This document shows, in pieces, positions 58,858-64,000 of a stretch of DNA of 64,000 nucleotides (position 1 is its first letter; each line of letters starts with the position of its first letter). This stretch comes from an uncultured virus (IMG/VR IMGVR_UViG_3300038805_000372) (taxonomy: Duplodnaviria; Heunggongvirae; Uroviricota; Caudoviricetes), in the IMG/VR virus record IMGVR_UViG_3300038805_000372; one strand, 5' to 3'. The notes under the pieces are model-generated. The model was given only the letters and a program-made list of their open reading frames with translations. It was not told the origin of the DNA and made no database searches. Made by a program: the position numbers and the translations under genes.

Positions 58858-59079
58858 TCATTGTTCATCATCCCATAGCATTTTATAGAGTTCAGATAGT
58901 GTCATATTAAAGTAATTAGCAATCTTCTTCATTGATTTGATGCTTGGTGCGTGTTTGCTTGTTTCGATGTTCATGAGTGTTTGGTTGGTTAAGCCCAATT
59001 CTTTCGCTAACTCAATTTGCGATAAACCCTTCGCCATTCGGGCGTGTTTTAACCAACCACCTAATTTTGATTTTCTCAT
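58858..59079 (-). CDS. XRE-family helix-turn-helix regulator (Cro-like)
   Basis: LKHARMAKGLSQIELAKELGLTNQTLMNIE...PS. Confidence 0.9.
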   Translation of the reverse strand: MRKSKLGGWLKHARMAKGLSQIELAKELGLTNQTLMNIETSKHAPSIKSMKKIANYFNMTLSELYKMLWDDEQ

Positions 59080-59115
59080 ATTGTTTTTGTTTCCTTTCTG
59101 CACATAGTTATTATA

Positions 59116-59364
59116 CTATGCAATTTCCTTATTATTAGTTTCAGGCGCGTCTTTGATAAAGTAAACTTCATGACATTTGTTTTTGTAAATGATCCGCTTT
59201 TGTTTTCCCTTGAATAATTGCGATAGAATCACACTTGCGATCTTTCGTTTAATGCCAAAGTAATCGGCGAATTGTGGTGCGTTATCAAGCACTACGGTTA
59301 AGTCCTCATCATCTTCATAGACTGCGATGCAATATGCACCTTTGTAAAGTTTAGCTGTTTTCAT
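59116..59364 (-). CDS. Hypothetical protein
   Basis: ORF with RBS. Confidence 0.55.
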   Translation of the reverse strand: MKTAKLYKGAYCIAVYEDDEDLTVVLDNAPQFADYFGIKRKIASVILSQLFKGKQKRIIYKNKCHEVYFIKDAPETNNKEIA

Positions 59365-59395
59365 TTTGTTCCCTTTCTTGGTATTTTAATCAATT

Positions 59396-59551
59396 TTACG
59401 ATTGAAGCCACAATGTGCCATCGCATATTTGGTCGCAACCATATCTTTTAATGAGTTTATTGACTACTTCTTGAGTGGGGTTTTTCCACACGTATTTTCG
59501 ACCGTTTTCCCCCCATCTCACAATGGTTTTAATAACTGCTTTGCTTTTCAT
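59396..59551 (-). CDS. Small hypothetical protein (start MKSKA)
   Basis: GAAGGAG RBS within the repeated leader motif. Confidence 0.5.
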   Translation of the reverse strand: MKSKAVIKTIVRWGENGRKYVWKNPTQEVVNKLIKRYGCDQICDGTLWLQS

Positions 59552-59610
59552 AATCTGCTCCTTCTCGCTCTGCCTTACTTGCGGACTTGCGACCGCCATT
59601 GGTGGCATTA

Positions 59611-59634
59611 AGAAAGGACTTTTTAGTCCTTATT
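59611..59634 (-). terminator. Intrinsic terminator
   Basis: AAGGACT/AGTCCTT stem. Confidence 0.5.
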
Positions 59635-59890
59635 GCTCCTTCTTGATGCTTTCCATCATTGCTTTAATGCTTATACCAAGTTTGGCACGCTCGTTTATTG
59701 AGCGACTTTTTAGCACGCTTCTGGTGACATAATTTTTGGCTTCTTGTTGTGTGGTAAAATCGTCAATGTAGTTGCCAAGTAAGTCGCTGACGACATAAAT
59801 GTCGCTTGAAGATTTAACGAAATCGCCACTTTCGTCATAAGTGAAATTAACCTCTGGCACTCTAATAATCAAATGGTTTTTATATTTCAT
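59630..59890 (-). CDS. Hypothetical protein (start MKYKN)
   Basis: GAAGGAG RBS within the repeated leader motif. Confidence 0.55.
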   Translation of the reverse strand: MKYKNHLIIRVPEVNFTYDESGDFVKSSSDIYVVSDLLGNYIDDFTTQQEAKNYVTRSVLKSRSINERAKLGISIKAMMESIKKEQ

Positions 59891-60054
59891 AACCACTCCT
59901 TCTCGCTCTGTGTTATACGGGGTTGCGACCGTCTTCGCCCACATTACGAAGGGCTTTCTCCTTGCGATTTCTTTTCGCACCTTTATCTTACCACATAAAA
60001 AACGAATAGCAAACACTTTTTTAATTTTTTTTTATTCGGTTGCTATTTATATAA

Positions 60055-60082
60055 TAAAAAAGACCTAACAAGTAGGTCAATT
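60055..60082 (-). terminator. Terminator of the phage B late operon
   Basis: GACCTA/TAGGTC stem plus U-tract on the minus strand. Confidence 0.7.
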
Positions 60083-60097
60083 TATTCGATGTGGTGC

Positions 60098-61036
60098 TTA
60101 TAATTCGGTGATTTCTGGTTTCGGTGCATCTTCGTTTAATGGTTTCGGTAATGGTGCTTCGTCGATCACAATATTATTAGCGATTTCGATTTCGGTAATT
60201 ATCTCTTTACCTAACGACATAAGGTTTAGTATTGTCGGGTATTTATCTTCATCGACTACGCGTTTACCTGTTTGTATTCCTTGATAACATCCCCACGCAA
60301 ACATAAGTAACTTAATCACAAATATTAAGATTGATGCAGTATTCACGCCATATTCGCCAAACACCATTACCGCGTTAGCGAAAGCGATAATTATGGTCAT
60401 TATGAATGGCATTGCAGAAAACTTTAATCCCGTTGTGTATGGGTGCGATATATATTTACTCCCAACTTTCCGATTGCCCGTTCCAAATGCGAACATATTA
60501 TCAAAGGTAGTGTAGTCATATTTAATGCGTAATGTGGCTAAATTAAGCGTTCCCTTGTATTCTGGCACTTTACCATTAAGGAAGTCAATATATGCCAACA
60601 CATCGTTTTTTTGTGCTTCAATTTTAAGGACTTCGCTATCGGTAATCTTCTTTGATAGTAATTGGTTATCTAATATGTCCAAATAAGCTTCGCACTTTGA
60701 TAATTGATTATGGACTTTTAAGCGTTCTCTGAACTCTTTATTGACGCGTTTTTTAATGATTAAGTTGCGATATTTTTTGAGTGTATTAGCGATTAACATA
60801 TAATCGGGATTCGCCATTCCCACATCCAAACCCATTGGGAAATAAATACCGCGACCAGCGACAAAGTTCATTATGCTGAATGTAAATTCAAACCAATTAA
60901 ACTGCGTGATGTCAAACCTTACTTGCAATAACAAAGTAAAGACCATCAACGCGACCATCAAGAATGTTAAAAGCGAGGTAATAACAACCCTCGCGCGCCC
61001 GACTTTTATGGGCTTCAAATTCAACCTTTTATTCAT
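60098..61036 (-). CDS. 2TM-loop-2TM membrane protein (cassette gene 3 of phage B)
   Basis: Same size and topology as 35481..36407. Confidence 0.65.
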   Translation of the reverse strand: MNKRLNLKPIKVGRARVVITSLLTFLMVALMVFTLLLQVRFDITQFNWFEFTFSIMNFVAGRGIYFPMGLDVGMANPDYMLIANTLKKYRNLIIKKRVNKEFRERLKVHNQLSKCEAYLDILDNQLLSKKITDSEVLKIEAQKNDVLAYIDFLNGKVPEYKGTLNLATLRIKYDYTTFDNMFAFGTGNRKVGSKYISHPYTTGLKFSAMPFIMTIIIAFANAVMVFGEYGVNTASILIFVIKLLMFAWGCYQGIQTGKRVVDEDKYPTILNLMSLGKEIITEIEIANNIVIDEAPLPKPLNEDAPKPEITEL

Positions 61037-61088
61037 AAAACAATTTTCCCCTTTATTTTACTATACAACACAATATCTTTATTATTAG

Positions 61089-61544
61089 TTATTTCTTGCC
61101 TTTTGGCTTTTTAGCGAACGCTACGCGCATTGCTTGTTCGATTTGCGTTTGTTCGCGCTCGGCAACCCAAGCTGGTAATGGATTAACCACGATGCCGATG
61201 GCGACGCTTGGAATCACGATATATAGTATGCGTTGTATTTTCATTACATTTTCAGCAATTACGCTTGTCATAAATAGAATTAAGACCAATGGCACGATGA
61301 CATACATTATGCCAACGATAATTTGCTTTACTAACCCTTGTTCTAATGCCTTAACAATGCGCGACAAGGCATAAAAAATTGGTATGGACACGATAGCGAT
61401 TAAAATTAACGACCAACCGCCCATCATAAACCGTCCCTCGACATTAAATAAATCATAGTAATAATTTATAGCAAGAAAAGGCACTATGCAGGTAAAAAAC
61501 ATAAATGCGATTAACTTAACCCAAAACTTTGTTCTATCGCTCAT
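61089..61544 (-). CDS. Four-TM membrane protein (cassette gene 2 of phage B)
   Basis: Four hydrophobic helices and a basic tail. Confidence 0.65.
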   Translation of the reverse strand: MSDRTKFWVKLIAFMFFTCIVPFLAINYYYDLFNVEGRFMMGGWSLILIAIVSIPIFYALSRIVKALEQGLVKQIIVGIMYVIVPLVLILFMTSVIAENVMKIQRILYIVIPSVAIGIVVNPLPAWVAEREQTQIEQAMRVAFAKKPKGKK

Positions 61545-61555
61545 GATAAATTACC

Positions 61556-62056
61556 TTAAAGCGTTTCAGTATAATCTACTGCGTTTTCAATTTCGGCGAT
61601 GGCTTGTTCTTTGCGTTCTTCTTTTGCCGCTTGTTCGGCGACAAACTCTTTAACTTCTTCTTTTACCTTTTCAATTACAACGGTTTTAATGCCTTTGACC
61701 TTTGATACATTTTCAATCAAAGCAAGTTTAGATTGTGGATCAGTGCTATTTGATAACACTAAACTTTCGACCTGAACTTTGGCAATAGCTTCAATGTTCT
61801 TCAAATATTCAAGGATAGGCGATAATGCCTTATCGACCGCAATAGTAATAACTTCATCAATCTTGCTTTCCACAAGCGGTGTTAATTCGCTCATAATGTC
61901 ATCTTTAATTTCGGTTGGTGTCAGTGCTTTATATTTGCGGTATTTCGACCATATGATTCCAGCCCAAGTTAAAATGCCACTTGAAGCTAACCAAGTCATC
62001 AAGACGGTAAACTTCTCAAAATCGAATGTTGCAAACCAATTCATAATTTCATCCAT
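61556..62056 (-). CDS. Membrane-anchored coiled-coil protein (cassette gene 1 of phage B)
   Basis: N-terminal hydrophobic segment plus coiled coil. Confidence 0.6.
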   Translation of the reverse strand: MDEIMNWFATFDFEKFTVLMTWLASSGILTWAGIIWSKYRKYKALTPTEIKDDIMSELTPLVESKIDEVITIAVDKALSPILEYLKNIEAIAKVQVESLVLSNSTDPQSKLALIENVSKVKGIKTVVIEKVKEEVKEFVAEQAAKEERKEQAIAEIENAVDYTETL

Positions 62057-62060
62057 ACTA

Positions 62061-62288
62061 TTAAATCTCCTTTAATGCTTTCGCAATTTGTAATCTCAAA
62101 GTGTTTAATTCACTTTTCAATTCTTCGCATTTCGCCAATCGCTTATCACGATCAACTAACAACTCATCAAGCGATGCAATTTCAAACTTGCCATCGCCGG
62201 TGCAAACGAGCAAATCGCCCTTTTTCGCTTTCTTTAATTCCCTAATGCTTATTTCCATATTATTCCTTTCTATTAATCTAATATCCAA
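62061..62288 (-). CDS. Small hypothetical protein (start probably MEISI near 62258)
   Basis: ORF between the tail fibre and the membrane cassette. Confidence 0.5.
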   Translation of the reverse strand: MDIRLIERNNMEISIRELKKAKKGDLLVCTGDGKFEIASLDELLVDRDKRLAKCEELKSELNTLRLQIAKALKEI

Positions 62289-64000
62289 CTAAATGTATTG
62301 ACACCATCTAATACCGTTAATTTCAAAGTGTATGTGCCATTTCCGGTTGGAAGTGCTGGTAATGTTTCGACAACACCACTATTGCCATTACCTAATAATG
62401 AGCGTGTGATAATTTCCGCAACAAGGTCATTTCCAATCGCCGAGAAGTGTGTGTCATTAAGCATATTTGTATCGAAGAATGATACACCGCCTGTAATTTT
62501 GGCTTTGCTATTTGGGAAGTTATTGTAAAGGTCAATCGTTGGAATGCCATATTCCCTTGCGACATCTATTTGTGCTTTACGATAAGCATAATAATCGCCA
62601 CCACCATAATTGACACTTTCATCGTATCTTTTTTGCGGTAAGACTAACCATATCTTTTTGGCTGGGTATTTTGTTGCAAGTCTATCATAGGTTAAACGCA
62701 TCGCACCATAGAAAGTAGTTGCGGACTTATTCGTAGTTGCCGAACTGCCAAGTGGTGTTGCCAACTTGAAGTCATTCATTGAACTAATGATAATGACATC
62801 GGCACTCGCACTTGTATCTTCGGTTAAAACACGATTAACAATAGCAGAAGCAGCGTCTTGCTGAACAGTATTTTCCGCCCAAGCACCCCCGCTCAAACCA
62901 AAGTTTAGAACAGTTGCACCAAGTTTTTTAGCAAGTAAGGCGGGATATGATGTATCTTTTTGGTCGCCCACACCACTCGGATCGCTTGTTGGATTGTTGC
63001 TTTCTCGACTATCGCCCCATATCGCTATGACTTTATCTCTAAATGGATTGTCAAGGGCGGTCATTCGGGCTTCGAGAACGCTAATTTTACGATTTGGTGA
63101 TTGAATACCAGCATTATATTCAAGGACACTATTATCGGTATCAGTAATCGTATCGCCAAACACAATATTTAATTTGTCGGTCTTTGGTATAAACTCTAAT
63201 ACACCAAAATCAATGGCACTAAACTCGAAACTATCGGTTTCATTTGCTTTGGCGGTTAAACTACCAACCAATGTGCGATTATATGCGATATAACCAATAT
63301 CGGTGGACTTATCGTGTATCATCAAACGGAAGCGGTAATTATCGAACACATCATCATCTTTGAATTGTAATCTCAATGTGAGTGTGCCATCACTTTGTAT
63401 CGTTCCCGTATTAAAACTGACATCGGGTGTCGGTGTTTCGCCCTCTGGCGCAGTCATTTTATAAATGCTATTAGCCAATACGACACTTGTGCCATCAAAT
63501 AATTCAATAGTCGGTAAAGTGCTGACCGCAGTAATATCGCCACTTTGGAATAACCGCTTAATTGACACTCTATCGCCACTAACGACATCTAATATACTTG
63601 CTTTTAAGGTAATCGTGTTATTGGCAGTTGCTGTGCCGCTAATGACAAACTCTTGGGCTAATGCGTTATAACCGATTGTAATGCCACTAACTGCGGTATA
63701 GGCAATATCGCTTGTTCCCATATCGAGTATGTTAGCGGTGCGATTATAGACATCGACATCGGTATTATTGGTTGCTTCGGGCATTGCAAACGGAAGGAGT
63801 TTAGTCCCTTCATATAAAGCAACCTTAAACTTAAAATCAGTAAAGACCATACCCGCTTTATAAACTTGGAATACAAGCGTTTGACCGCTTGATCCATCGA
63901 TATTCGGGTTAGCACCATCGGGCTTTAAGTCGCCAACACCATTGATATATGGGTCATATAAACTTTCACTGTTTTCATTGATACGATTACTAACACTTGT
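62273..64000 (-). CDS. Tail fibre C-terminal part with SGNH hydrolase (5' end outside the window)
   Basis: Near-identical to the C-terminal ~570 aa of 28914..34367; frame open to the window end. Confidence 0.85.
   Translation of the reverse strand, partial: TSVSNRINENSESLYDPYINGVGDLKPDGANPNIDGSSGQTLVFQVYKAGMVFTDFKFKVALYEGTKLLPFAMPEATNNTDVDVYNRTANILDMGTSDIAYTAVSGITIGYNALAQEFVISGTATANNTITLKASILDVVSGDRVSIKRLFQSGDITAVSTLPTIELFDGTSVVLANSIYKMTAPEGETPTPDVSFNTGTIQSDGTLTLRLQFKDDDVFDNYRFRLMIHDKSTDIGYIAYNRTLVGSLTAKANETDSFEFSAIDFGVLEFIPKTDKLNIVFGDTITDTDNSVLEYNAGIQSPNRKISVLEARMTALDNPFRDKVIAIWGDSRESNNPTSDPSGVGDQKDTSYPALLAKKLGATVLNFGLSGGAWAENTVQQDAASAIVNRVLTEDTSASADVIIISSMNDFKLATPLGSSATTNKSATTFYGAMRLTYDRLATKYPAKKIWLVLPQKRYDESVNYGGGDYYAYRKAQIDVAREYGIPTIDLYNNFPNSKAKITGGVSFFDTNMLNDTHFSAIGNDLVAEIITRSLLGNGNSGVVETLPALPTGNGTYTLKLTVLDGVNTFSWILD

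Larger units (their letters stand above)
51027..64000 (-). mobile_element. Phage B: partial genome of a second phage (end of late operon plus early/recombination/replication genes)
   Basis: Different replication module (initiator, RecT, MBL hydrolase, SMC-like ATPase), a second tail-fibre end, and GATC sites that are absent from 1-51364. Confidence 0.8.

Noticed and set aside
348..63918. Numerous short antisense or overlapping ORFs in the six-frame track
   Set aside because: They lie inside longer, motif-supported genes and lack RBS or recognisable motifs.
32655..64000. Invertase-driven tail-fibre switching (shufflon/Gin-like)
   Set aside because: No site-specific recombinase. The two copies encode the same tip rather than alternatives, and each sits in its own late operon.
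1..64000. Alternative genetic code (TGA/TAG recoding)
   Set aside because: Long genes are intact under code 11, and TGA/TAG act as stops at coupled gene junctions.

Overview
The window is low-GC tailed-phage DNA in the standard genetic code and contains two different phages joined at a shared repeat. Positions 1-174 recur almost exactly at 50853-51026, so 1-50852 reads as one complete ~50.85 kb circular genome ('phage A'). Phage A has leftward early and replication genes (N4/N6 methyltransferase, VRR-NUC, SNF2 helicase, MazF-like protein, primase-VirE helicase, split DUF2800, annealase, SSB, MoxR AAA module). It has rightward podovirus-like structural genes (TerS, TerL, portal, scaffold, capsid, adaptor, nozzle, 1817-aa SGNH tail fibre, three membrane proteins, and ejection proteins including a 3241-aa polyvalent protein). 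No integrase, DNA polymerase or endolysin is recognisable. After 51026 the sequence becomes a second phage ('phage B', all on the minus strand): C5 methyltransferase, replication initiator with iterons, MBL hydrolase, RecT, SMC-like ATPase, XRE HTH, a three-membrane-protein cassette and a tail-fibre end nearly identical to phage A's. The main points of interest are: a conserved lysin-free triple membrane-protein module that suggests a wall-less host; a methyltransferase swap with an in-frame deletion scar; apparently total GATC avoidance in A but not B; a pseudoknotted 5' leader; a repeat-rich candidate origin with purine-pyrimidine tracts; and a phage-borne TVP38/DedA protein. All calls come from motif recognition by eye; no searches were run.
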